A stretch of DNA of 64,000 bases from a virus, in IMG/VR virus record IMGVR_UViG_3300025584_000449, positions 96,001 to 160,000 of that record; one strand, given 5' to 3'. This document shows positions 8,959 through 18,101 of the stretch, piece by piece (positions within the stretch are counted from its first letter, which is position 1; each line of letters begins with the position of its first letter). A model generated the notes under the pieces. It was not told where the DNA came from. It did not search any database and was given only the letters and a program-made list of their open reading frames with translations. Both the position numbers and the translations under genes were made by a program.

Positions 8959-9502
8959 AGGCGGTGAAAAAGCTCGGATTCGTTGGGGAAATACGAAGTA
9001 CTTACTATCTTCGTATCTTGGATGGCAATTCTTTGAATTTATTCCACCAGCTACTGAATTCCAGCCACCTCTAAGATATATATTAGAAGATGCTGAAATA
9101 GGAAGTACTGGAGTTACATCCAGCACTTTGACTTATAAAGCACCAACTAGTAATTTAGATTTTATATTAAATTCAAGCACTGTACTTCCTTATAAGTTTT
9201 CTTTATTAAATACTTACAATTACAGAGCTAATTTAGCATTCTTAGAAATTAAAGCTGTAACAAATATACCAAGCTATTTAGACGGCATTGACGTAAAATC
9301 TTATTCAGTTGTTTATGACATAGCATTTGAAAATAACTATGAATTAAGAGCTGTATCTGTTGTTGGAGCTGTTGGTAAAAGAATAGTTATTCCAGATACT
9401 TGTGACGGAGGAACTTACTTAGTACCAGAGTCCAACTGTGATGGAGGAACTTATTTAATCGAAGGCACTTGTGTCTGCGATGGAGGAACATATCTAATAT
9501 GA
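8951..9502 (+). CDS. Putative virion structural protein with C-terminal CDGGTYL repeats
   Basis: Three CDGGTYL motifs at the C-terminus; located in the fibre/neck cluster. Confidence 0.45.
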   Translation: MAKGGEKARIRWGNTKYLLSSYLGWQFFEFIPPATEFQPPLRYILEDAEIGSTGVTSSTLTYKAPTSNLDFILNSSTVLPYKFSLLNTYNYRANLAFLEIKAVTNIPSYLDGIDVKSYSVVYDIAFENNYELRAVSVVGAVGKRIVIPDTCDGGTYLVPESNCDGGTYLIEGTCVCDGGTYLI

Positions 9503-9747
9503 GTATGAAAGTTAGAAGAGGATTAAATCAAGATCGTACCTCATTCTTAGCAGAAGAGGGCGAACCCTTATGGGATACAGATACTAAATGGTTTTATGTA
9601 GGTGACGGAGTAACCTATGGCGGAGTAAGAATAAGTCAATTACCGGATATAGTAACAATAGATTGTGGAACTGCAGCTTTAGATAAAGCTGGCTTTGATT
9701 GTGGAGTATACACAGATCAAGTCAGTATAAATTGTGGAGGAGCTTAA
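9499..9747 (+). CDS. Short fibre-related protein with Mtd-N/hyaluronidase-like N-terminal domain
   Basis: KVRRG....R......GEP.WDTDTK.FYVGDG.TYGG motif; three D/N-CG motifs at the C-terminus; start refined to ATG 9499 (ATGA overlap). Confidence 0.55.
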   Translation: MSMKVRRGLNQDRTSFLAEEGEPLWDTDTKWFYVGDGVTYGGVRISQLPDIVTIDCGTAALDKAGFDCGVYTDQVSINCGGA

Positions 9748-11984
9748 TGGCTTTTCAAATTCGTAGAGGAACAAACGCACAAAGGTTAACACTAACATTA
9801 GCTGAGGGTGAGCCTTTTTGGACAACAGACACCGATAGTTATTTTGTTGGTGATGGATCAACTGCAGGCGGTAATGCTGTTACTGGAGCATTCGAGGCCC
9901 ATAATATAGCTAGCCACTCGGATACGACTGCTACTGGTGCAGAATTAGAAACACTTACTGACGGTAGTAATGCGGACTCGTTACACACGCACGCGGCTTC
10001 TAGCCCCGTAGAAGATACTATTTATAGTTCTGGGTGGAACGGTGATACAACTCACTCCCCTAGTCAGAATGCTGTATATGATAAAATAAATACAATGGAT
10101 ATTCTTATCTCAGGAAATACTTATAAGGAATTAGGTGGTCTTGGAGATGTTGTAATAGACACACCGGCAAATTATGAAGTTTTATCCTACAAAGCAGTCG
10201 GTGACCAATGGATAAATAGAACTGCTGCAGAAGCAGGATTCGCGACATTAGGTGGAGCTTTAACTGTAAGAAGAGTAGTATATACAAATGAAAGTGGGAA
10301 TTTACAAACTTCAGCGACTGTTACAGATACTGAAGTAGATTATTTAAACGGCGCAACATCAAATATACAAGATCAAATAGATGCGAACGTTAGCGGTATC
10401 GCAGTAAATACCGCAGCTAGTCACGCAGAGTCACATACGGTTGTGAGTCATTCCGACACAACGGCAACAGGGACCGAGTTAAACACTTTAACCGGATCTG
10501 GCGATACTTCTTTACATTATCATACTGCCGATAGAGCACGAGCAAATCATACTGGCACACAAGATCTTACAACAATCGTAACTAATAATGTTGATACTCC
10601 AGTTTATACAACTCTTAATGATTATATAAATACTCAATCTTCTTCTATTATTTCTGGTTGTTTATTAACTGATGCGGGTTCAGGAAATATTGATATTGCT
10701 GCTGGAACAGCATATTTAAAAACTACAGATAGTGACATAGGCCAACTAGTATCAATAGATTTTACTGGAAGATCAGGATTAAATATAGCAGACGATGGAA
10801 TACCACATTATATTTATTTAGATTATAATGCTGGGACGCCAATTGCTTCTGGTACAACTAATATATTTGATTTAGATTTACATACTACAATTCCAATAGG
10901 AACAGCACATAGAATTAATGGTAATGTTCATGTAACTAATATTCCTGCTAATTATAATGATATTGCCATGAAGTCAGCTTTTAGATTATTTGAACTTTAT
11001 GGCCGTAAACGCGCTAGTGGAATGATAACTGCTGAATCAGGAAATAGATACTTAACGATCTCTGCTGGAGTATTATATTTTGCACATCATAGAATAACTA
11101 CTGCTGCTATGGATACTACTGGTGCTGATACATTTGAACACTGGTATAATGATGGAGTATGGCAACATTCGTCACAATCAGTAATAGATAATTTACAGTA
11201 TAATGATTATGGTACAGGCTTAGCTACCTTGTCTAATAATCAATATGGAATCCATTGGGCATATCTACACGATGATGGTGAGTGTCATATAGTTTATGGA
11301 CAGGCCTCTAATACATTAGTAGAAGCAACCGAAGCGCAATTACCTGTTAATTTACCAACTAGTGTTACCGGTGGTGGAGTATTAATAGCTAAAATTATTG
11401 TAGAAAAAAGTGTGACTAATCTTTATAGTATAGGGTTTCCTTGGAGTATTGATATTCAATCAACTCCAGTTACAGTTCATAATAATTTAGGCGGTTTAAA
11501 CTCTGGAGATTACCAACACTTAACAGCTGCAGAATATGCAAATGTTCATGCCGAGTCTCACACAGTGGCTAGTCACTCTGACACTACTGCTACTGGAACT
11601 GAACTAGAAACTCTTACAGATGGAAGTAATGCAGATTCACTGCACACCCATCGAGGGTCTAAATCATTTACTATTAAGACACCTGCTGCAGCCGATGACA
11701 TGGAAGCGTTCTTCCATGATAGAGCCTATACAATTTCTAAAGTAATTGTAAGAGTACAAGGCGGTACTAACGTTGTTTGGAATCTTAAACACAATACTTC
11801 GTATACAGCCGGTAATGATGTATTTGGATCAAATAATACAACTACGTCTGGTACAAGTTACGGAACTCTTGCATCCTTTAGTGATGCTACAGTTCCTGCG
11901 GATTCGGCACTTTGGGTAGACTTAGTATCAACTTCTGGAGATCCTACCTGGATACATATTACAATATTTTATGAGGACGATTAA
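9747..11984 (+). CDS. Tail/whisker fibre protein
   Basis: N-terminal MAFQIRRGT...LAEGEPFWTTDT..FVGDG motif; three His-rich repeats SHSDTTATG.EL.TLT.....SLH.H; start refined to ATG 9747 (TAATG overlap). Confidence 0.7.
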   Translation: MAFQIRRGTNAQRLTLTLAEGEPFWTTDTDSYFVGDGSTAGGNAVTGAFEAHNIASHSDTTATGAELETLTDGSNADSLHTHAASSPVEDTIYSSGWNGDTTHSPSQNAVYDKINTMDILISGNTYKELGGLGDVVIDTPANYEVLSYKAVGDQWINRTAAEAGFATLGGALTVRRVVYTNESGNLQTSATVTDTEVDYLNGATSNIQDQIDANVSGIAVNTAASHAESHTVVSHSDTTATGTELNTLTGSGDTSLHYHTADRARANHTGTQDLTTIVTNNVDTPVYTTLNDYINTQSSSIISGCLLTDAGSGNIDIAAGTAYLKTTDSDIGQLVSIDFTGRSGLNIADDGIPHYIYLDYNAGTPIASGTTNIFDLDLHTTIPIGTAHRINGNVHVTNIPANYNDIAMKSAFRLFELYGRKRASGMITAESGNRYLTISAGVLYFAHHRITTAAMDTTGADTFEHWYNDGVWQHSSQSVIDNLQYNDYGTGLATLSNNQYGIHWAYLHDDGECHIVYGQASNTLVEATEAQLPVNLPTSVTGGGVLIAKIIVEKSVTNLYSIGFPWSIDIQSTPVTVHNNLGGLNSGDYQHLTAAEYANVHAESHTVASHSDTTATGTELETLTDGSNADSLHTHRGSKSFTIKTPAAADDMEAFFHDRAYTISKVIVRVQGGTNVVWNLKHNTSYTAGNDVFGSNNTTTSGTSYGTLASFSDATVPADSALWVDLVSTSGDPTWIHITIFYEDD

Positions 11985-12736
11985 TGGCTTATACACCTAG
12001 TAATGGAGCAAACGCCAATGTGTCAGCTGACTGGGATGTAGACTCACTAACTGATTCTAGACATAATGCCGGGGCCGGGTATGGAGATGGAGTTTCGGTA
12101 TCTGGCTGGTATGATGAAGTAGGCGCTGGAGATGGATATTTTATGGGCCAAACTGGTCCAACGTATCGACCAACGTTTAATTTATCAGACTCTGATTATA
12201 ATGATCATAGTACTTTGACATGCGTAACTGACGGATTTAATGGCCCCTCTGATTTAAAATTATGGTCTACTGATGGATTTACTATACTCCATGTTGGGGA
12301 ACACGATGTCACTGGCGATGGCGGATATGCAGGAAAAAGAGATGGATCAAGCGAACAATCATATAACTGGAGAACTAACCAGGCTGTAATTTATGGTAAT
12401 AGCACTTTGGCATTTACTACTTGGACAGTTACTATAGAGACTCCACAGATATCAGTATTTAGAGTTAGGTTCAGTACTGCTACTGATGGATTACAAGTCT
12501 TTGAGGATGGAGTTGAAGCTGGAAGTGCTAGTACAAGTAGTATAACTGATATAGATATGTCAGCTGCGGTTCAACAAGTTTGTGCTGCGGAAAAAACTCA
12601 AACTGGAAAAACGGCTAGAATTGTTTTTTGGGATGGCGCTTTAACCGATGTAGAGATGGCAGCAGAGGTTGCTGCAGCAGATGCTGAGTATTTAAACCCA
12701 GTTACTGCAACTGGTCAGTTTATCTCAATTACTTGA
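11984..12736 (+). CDS. Putative LamG/concanavalin A-like virion protein
   Basis: Beta-rich composition; C-terminal ARIVFWDGALTDVEM resembles LamG-like termini; follows the fibre gene. Confidence 0.45.
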   Translation: MAYTPSNGANANVSADWDVDSLTDSRHNAGAGYGDGVSVSGWYDEVGAGDGYFMGQTGPTYRPTFNLSDSDYNDHSTLTCVTDGFNGPSDLKLWSTDGFTILHVGEHDVTGDGGYAGKRDGSSEQSYNWRTNQAVIYGNSTLAFTTWTVTIETPQISVFRVRFSTATDGLQVFEDGVEAGSASTSSITDIDMSAAVQQVCAAEKTQTGKTARIVFWDGALTDVEMAAEVAAADAEYLNPVTATGQFISIT

Positions 12737-12755
12737 TGAATAATAGGAGAAATGA

Positions 12756-13106
12756 ATGGCTACAACAACAGTCAATTTAAAAAGGAATGACACTAGACCG
12801 TATCTAGATGCTACACTTACTGACGAAGACGGAACTGTAGTAGATCTGGCCGGTGCTGGTGTAACATTCACTATGGTAGATGCTGCCTCAAGAACTTCTA
12901 TGAAAATAGAAAATGGCGAATGCACTATTTTAACTAGTGGTGGTGCAGATGGTAGAGTTAGGTATTCCTGGGCAGGAGCAGACACTAATACGGCTGGTGC
13001 ATATCTTGGTGAGTTTGAAGTTACCTTCGATGATACCTCAAAGCTGACTGTACCTACAACTGACATTCTAGTTATTAATATTTTGGAGGATTATAATGCC
13101 GACTAA
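12756..13106 (+). CDS. BppU N-terminal-like (Ig-fold) virion protein
   Basis: LKRNDTRPYLDATL...VDL.G..VTFTM...GRVRYSW...DT..AG.YLGEFEVTF..TVPT pattern. Confidence 0.65.
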   Translation: MATTTVNLKRNDTRPYLDATLTDEDGTVVDLAGAGVTFTMVDAASRTSMKIENGECTILTSGGADGRVRYSWAGADTNTAGAYLGEFEVTFDDTSKLTVPTTDILVINILEDYNAD

Positions 13107-13593
13107 TATACAACTTACTACAGAGTTTATTCCATATGAGGATGGACTTTATGTTGCACGTCTTAGAAAATGGTTAAATGATACCGCTATATTAAATAAG
13201 CTAGAAGAGCTTGAAGAGTGTGAGGATATTGAGCTTTATCATTATATTCAAGATACTATGGACGAAATTAATTATGAGTTTCTGCCAGCAACAAGTTATA
13301 CAGCAATATCAGAAATCCCCTGGAATATAACACGCCAAGGAGCTATACTAAAGCTATTAATGGCCAAAGGAATATTGTCTGCTAGAAATACCTTAACATA
13401 TCAAGATTCTGGCGGAGTCACTGTTCAGGATTATGATAAGTATGGAAGGTATATTAATTTCTTTAATCTACTAATTAATAAGTATTCTAGAGCAGTACAT
13501 AATTTTAAGTTAGCTTCAAATATAGATGATTGTTATGGGGGAGTTCATTCAGAATATGGTATTATTCATGGAGAGGACATATACGACGAGTAA
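13096..13593 (+). CDS. Putative head-tail adaptor (neck) protein
   Basis: 165-aa helical protein starting RLRKWLND; located between fibre and tail genes. Confidence 0.45.
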   Translation: MPTNIQLTTEFIPYEDGLYVARLRKWLNDTAILNKLEELEECEDIELYHYIQDTMDEINYEFLPATSYTAISEIPWNITRQGAILKLLMAKGILSARNTLTYQDSGGVTVQDYDKYGRYINFFNLLINKYSRAVHNFKLASNIDDCYGGVHSEYGIIHGEDIYDE

Positions 13594-14381
13594 TGTTAAC
13601 TATAGACACACTATCAATTAGTTCTTTTGACGTAGATAAATTAACTATTTCATGGACCTGGACTGCTTCAAATGAAGATGAGTCTGATTTTGAAATAGAC
13701 GTATATAGAGCAGATGGGCCAGGCACTGCTGGGTCTACTGATGGTTATACATTAGTAGGAAGCGGAGTATCCGCAGCACTGTCGTCATATGATGACACCA
13801 CCATTTCTGGTGTGTATCATTTTGGTAGAACTTGGTTCTATAAGTTAATATTAACAGACACTACAGATGATACTACTTCTGTATTAACGTCTACTCCGCT
13901 ATACGTGTTTTATGAGACTACTGATTTAGTTCATGCTGAAATCTTAAGAAGAAAAGCTTTAGCTCTTAAATATGCTCAAAGAGATATGTATTTATTAAAG
14001 CGTAGATCTTATGGTACAAGATGCACTGAATGTTGGGATGCAACGTTAATGAGAAGTAATGATCCCAGCTGTACCACGTGTCATGGAACTTCTTGGGTAT
14101 CCGGATACTACGAAGCCTTGTTGTTTAAGGGAATGCTCACTCCCTCTCCAAAGTATAATCAGATAACAATGTTTGGTGAATGGATGCCAAGTGATGTTCT
14201 ATTAACTATGTTAAATTATCCGATCTTAACTGTCAATGACGTTGTAGTAGATAATAAAAATATAAGATGGGCAGTTAAAACAGTTAAGAACGTTGAGAAA
14301 AAAGGATATATCATTGAACAAGCTGTTCAACTATCTCGTATAGTTGAGGGTGATATTATATATGATGTAGAGGTACCTTAG
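13593..14381 (+). CDS. Putative neck/head-closure protein with FN3-like N-terminus and zinc finger
   Basis: Ig/FN3-like start (ISWTW...YRADGP...WFYKL); CTECWD...CTTCHGT; beta-barrel-like C-terminus; start refined to ATG 13593. Confidence 0.5.
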   Translation: MLTIDTLSISSFDVDKLTISWTWTASNEDESDFEIDVYRADGPGTAGSTDGYTLVGSGVSAALSSYDDTTISGVYHFGRTWFYKLILTDTTDDTTSVLTSTPLYVFYETTDLVHAEILRRKALALKYAQRDMYLLKRRSYGTRCTECWDATLMRSNDPSCTTCHGTSWVSGYYEALLFKGMLTPSPKYNQITMFGEWMPSDVLLTMLNYPILTVNDVVVDNKNIRWAVKTVKNVEKKGYIIEQAVQLSRIVEGDIIYDVEVP

Positions 14382-16048
14382 TGGCCATTCTAGACGTAAC
14401 GCTTGATAATTATGTAAATGAGGGTAGAGTCATTTGGAATAATAATGACTCTGAACTTGACACAAGGCTGTTGTCCGCTCAAACACAGCTAGACTCTCTT
14501 AGTGTCACTTATACTGCACACAACCATAACGATCTATATTATACTAAGTCAGAGATCGATGAGGATTTCTCAAGCGTAAGCGGTAGCTATGATCAGAGTT
14601 ACTATGTGTATAATATATATGCTAGTGGAGTATTATATACTGACATAATAGATTCCTCATCTGATTTAGTTACATTTAACTCATTAGCAGATTTTACAGA
14701 AGGGCTGTCTACCACAGCAATTTACTTCTCCGAGACTCCTGGTATAATCTACGACTACACAGACACAGCTAGAATATCGTTAACAGGGTCTACAGTATAT
14801 CTGACAGGATCAGCTAACTACGTAACCCCTTTACACACTTCAGCTATATATGACATAGCGGGAAATTTACACCTGTCATTAGATGAAGGAATAACAGCAA
14901 ATCAAGATTTAACTTTAGGCACTAATATAATTAAAGAGTCAGATGGAACTATTTCTTTAAATATATCTGGCCATATAGTAGAGTCTCTTGATCCATTAAA
15001 GTTCGAAACAGTTGTAGGCGGTGAAGCAGACAGAACTTATCTGACATTAATAAGCGGTGCAAGCTTAAGTGATGATAGGTTTTATATGAATGCAGCAGCC
15101 AGACTTTATCAGCCAATAGTGTATGATAGATACAACGAGCCTATTGTATCTCTAAGTACTGGCTCAACCTCTTTTTATACTAACTTTTTATATTTAGTAA
15201 GTGAAGATGACACTGATGCTACTCTTCAATTTTCAGTAAATGATACTAATAAGTTAACTTTAAAATATGAATACGATGAAGACGAAAACGAATTATATTT
15301 TGAAGATACTTTAAATATGTCATTTGGGGTTAGCGGAGTAACTTCATTCTCTAATTGTTCGGCAACAACCATACTTGATTCTGAGGGAGCCTCAATAGAA
15401 AGAGGGGTATTAGTTGCTGATGGTAATGGAACATTCCTTACAGAAGATTTAAAAGAGCATCCTGAGTATCTGCCTGATGTGTGGGTACCAATAGGGATAG
15501 TAGGACAAAGTGCAGCAACGTGGTCTGAGGGAAGCGACCCAGACGAGTGGTTAGATTGGTCTGGTAAATCTACCTCATATCCTCCTGCTATGTCTCCTAT
15601 ATCATTTTTATACGCTGGTTGGTATATTAAAAAAGTTGTATATAAATATGGTGATCTAGGGTATCCTACTGATATTCCAATGATGGATAGATATGACGAG
15701 GCTGAAGCACATCAAATATCCTTTAAAAATAAATTGTTCTTGATAACTAATAGTTCAGCAGAACCATCTTTAACAGAAACGGCAATCGAAGATTCGGAAA
15801 CAGACTATATTTATAGATTTGGTCTTCTTGCTGGCGGAACTTACGGTAGTACATGGTATACGCACCAAGTTCAAAACGTTACATTAAACACCCCGTACTT
15901 AATACCGGGCAACACTTATGCGCCATGTTTAAAAACGAAATATGCTGGAATTTTTAGAAGAAGGGCAGCTGGCGGTATAATATATACCAATGGTCAGGTA
16001 GTTAATAATCTGGAAACTTGGGTATTGCTAAGTCCTACTAATACATAG
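14381..16048 (+). CDS. Fibre-like virion structural protein
   Basis: GTG start; HNHNDLYYTKSEID fibre motif near the N-terminus; acidic Ser/Thr-rich body. Confidence 0.5.
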   Translation: MAILDVTLDNYVNEGRVIWNNNDSELDTRLLSAQTQLDSLSVTYTAHNHNDLYYTKSEIDEDFSSVSGSYDQSYYVYNIYASGVLYTDIIDSSSDLVTFNSLADFTEGLSTTAIYFSETPGIIYDYTDTARISLTGSTVYLTGSANYVTPLHTSAIYDIAGNLHLSLDEGITANQDLTLGTNIIKESDGTISLNISGHIVESLDPLKFETVVGGEADRTYLTLISGASLSDDRFYMNAAARLYQPIVYDRYNEPIVSLSTGSTSFYTNFLYLVSEDDTDATLQFSVNDTNKLTLKYEYDEDENELYFEDTLNMSFGVSGVTSFSNCSATTILDSEGASIERGVLVADGNGTFLTEDLKEHPEYLPDVWVPIGIVGQSAATWSEGSDPDEWLDWSGKSTSYPPAMSPISFLYAGWYIKKVVYKYGDLGYPTDIPMMDRYDEAEAHQISFKNKLFLITNSSAEPSLTETAIEDSETDYIYRFGLLAGGTYGSTWYTHQVQNVTLNTPYLIPGNTYAPCLKTKYAGIFRRRAAGGIIYTNGQVVNNLETWVLLSPTNT

Positions 16049-16056
16049 AAATAAAC

Positions 16057-16085
16057 TTGACAAACTATTCAAAAAAGAGTATATT
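16057..16085 (+). promoter_or_regulatory. Sigma70-like promoter (TTGACA-N17-TATATT)
   Basis: TTGACA 16057-16062, TATATT 16080-16085, upstream of the tail operon. Confidence 0.75.
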
Positions 16086-16091
16086 ATTACG

Positions 16092-16244
16092 ATGAGACTA
16101 GTACCAAAAGAAAATGTAACTAATACAGATCAAGACCTTTTAGCTAAATTAAAAGAAGAGGCTAATAGAAAATCTGCTTTAAAGACTTCGTTAACTCCTG
16201 AAATAAGGGATTTGTCAGAGACCCATGACAAGAACAAATATTAA
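16092..16244 (+). CDS. Small hypothetical protein (50 aa, absent from the ORF track)
   Basis: Manual translation MRLVPKENVTNTDQDLLAKLKEEANRKSALKTSLTPEIRDLSETHDKNKY; fills the gap between the promoter and 16225; start is very close to the -10 box (near-leaderless). Confidence 0.5.
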   Translation: MRLVPKENVTNTDQDLLAKLKEEANRKSALKTSLTPEIRDLSETHDKNKY

Positions 16245-17253
16245 CACAGACCATTGGTTTGATGGAGAAATAGTATCTGAATCATCTTGGGTTAATACTA
16301 ATAATGTGTCTCTTGATATAAAGCAGATCTTTACTAGTTTTTGCCAGCAGTACTTTGGGGATCATAGCAAGTTTTTATGGAATGAAGATTTAAGGTCTAC
16401 AGCAATAGTTATAGCAGATAAAAATGCCATAGATCTTGGTATTATAGAACGAATTCCAGGTATTCTAGTTTCTCGTGGAGGAATGCAGTGGGCTTTCTCT
16501 CCTGGCCAAGATCCAGGATTAGGATCTAAATCTGATGGATTTGGAACTGAGGATGGTAAGCAAACTATAAAGGGACCGTTATATAATAATGCAGGATCTG
16601 GTAAACGTTACACAGACATCGTTAGAGGCACTGTAGTATTTAACTGTATATCTAAGAACGGGTTACAGGCTGAAGAGATAGCTTCTGAATTATTTATGGC
16701 GCTAACTGCTTATAAGACAGAGATTTATAAACACGGGATTAGCAGACTAGAGGGCTTAGCTCTTGGTGAAGAACAGATACTGAGGTCTAACTCTGATGTA
16801 GAACTAACTGTAGTTCCTGTTAGACTAACATTTTCTAGTCAAAGAAGTATAGCTCCATCTGAAACATCTTATAATTTAACGGTTGATTTAGGCGATGTTA
16901 GGTTATATGAAACTATACATTACCTCGTGACTCCAGGCACTTTACGGGATTATGTTAGCTTTAAAGTAGCTCCTGAATCAGGAGTAGCTATTTCCGTTAG
17001 TTACTATAGATTAGATGTTCCTGCAACCTCTGTTACTGATACTTTTACAGGGGATGGAACAACGACAGAGTTTTTATTAAGTACGAAGCCTTATGGGTAT
17101 TTTAAGTTATTTAGTGAATATATAGCTACTTTAACTTTCGATACTTATGTAAACACTGTTGGTGATAATGCCGAAGATTACTGGGGCTGGGTTACAGTTT
17201 CCGGTGCCTTTACTGAGGGTGAAGATTCTTACGTAATTTCTGGAGGAAGTTAG
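16225..17253 (+). CDS. Putative tail completion/terminator-like protein
   Basis: Upstream of the sheath; IVIAD...IPGILVSRG and later beta-strand pattern consistent with tail-terminator folds; weak assignment. Confidence 0.4.
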   Translation: MTRTNINTDHWFDGEIVSESSWVNTNNVSLDIKQIFTSFCQQYFGDHSKFLWNEDLRSTAIVIADKNAIDLGIIERIPGILVSRGGMQWAFSPGQDPGLGSKSDGFGTEDGKQTIKGPLYNNAGSGKRYTDIVRGTVVFNCISKNGLQAEEIASELFMALTAYKTEIYKHGISRLEGLALGEEQILRSNSDVELTVVPVRLTFSSQRSIAPSETSYNLTVDLGDVRLYETIHYLVTPGTLRDYVSFKVAPESGVAISVSYYRLDVPATSVTDTFTGDGTTTEFLLSTKPYGYFKLFSEYIATLTFDTYVNTVGDNAEDYWGWVTVSGAFTEGEDSYVISGGS

Positions 17254-18044
17254 TGTTAAAAGACTTAGGGTTTGAAAAGCAAGCTGATTTTGAAAAGGAT
17301 GCCTTTTGGGGACTCTTAGCTAGAGCGGGCTCTAAGATTTTACCTTACGCTTTACGTAGTGCAAAAGCTATGAGGCGCTTTGGTGGAAGACCTGTGCGGA
17401 AGAAGATGAGAACTTCTAGTTATACTATGGCTAAAGGTCTTGCTAAGAATCCTTCAAGTAAAACACGACACGGGTTTTTAAGACGTGGTGTTGGTGAGCT
17501 TGGCTTTAATATGGAAACTGCTTTAAGGAGTCCAAGGGCTTATGCTAGAAATCTTTGGACACAGACAGGTACAGCGTCAAGACCTTTACAGAGATCTAAA
17601 GTTACTGGATTGCAAATGCCTTCTTTTTCTAAAGGATTGAGTGGATTAAAGTTCTGGAAAACAAAAAAAATAGATACTACTATGATTAAAGGTGATAAAC
17701 GATTTTATAAAAGTCGTCTTTTTGGAGTTAAAAAAGAGGTAACTGGATTTACAAATGAAGGCAAGGCGTTAGTAAAAAGAGGTCCAGTCACAAGAACTGG
17801 AGCAGTTCTCTCAAGTGGTCCAGCTTTTGGAGCTGTGGAGTTAATACCTGGCAAAAAAGCTGATGGTACAGCAAAATCTTTGGGCAGCCGCGCTGGCCAT
17901 GGAATTAAAGAAACTGCTGCTTGGACTTTAGCTCCAGGGCTAGCCCAAACAGCAATGATTGGAAGATTAGGGTTTGAGGCTGTAAAAGGAACATCAAAAG
18001 CCTTAAAAAAGAAAAAACAAATTAATAATAATTTATATTATTAG
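17253..18044 (+). CDS. Highly basic Gly-rich putative internal virion protein
   Basis: GTG start; N-terminal EKQA/EKDA motifs followed by an Arg/Lys/Gly-rich body. Confidence 0.45.
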   Translation: MLKDLGFEKQADFEKDAFWGLLARAGSKILPYALRSAKAMRRFGGRPVRKKMRTSSYTMAKGLAKNPSSKTRHGFLRRGVGELGFNMETALRSPRAYARNLWTQTGTASRPLQRSKVTGLQMPSFSKGLSGLKFWKTKKIDTTMIKGDKRFYKSRLFGVKKEVTGFTNEGKALVKRGPVTRTGAVLSSGPAFGAVELIPGKKADGTAKSLGSRAGHGIKETAAWTLAPGLAQTAMIGRLGFEAVKGTSKALKKKKQINNNLYY

Positions 18045-18101
18045 TCGGGTGCTTCTGTTGTAAAACAGGAATTAAATTGATTAAACTTTGGAGGATCCTA
18101 T

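Noticed and set aside
9499-11984. Diversity-generating retroelement suggested by Mtd-N-like N-termini
   Set aside because: No reverse transcriptase and no template/variable repeat pair differing at adenines was seen in the window.
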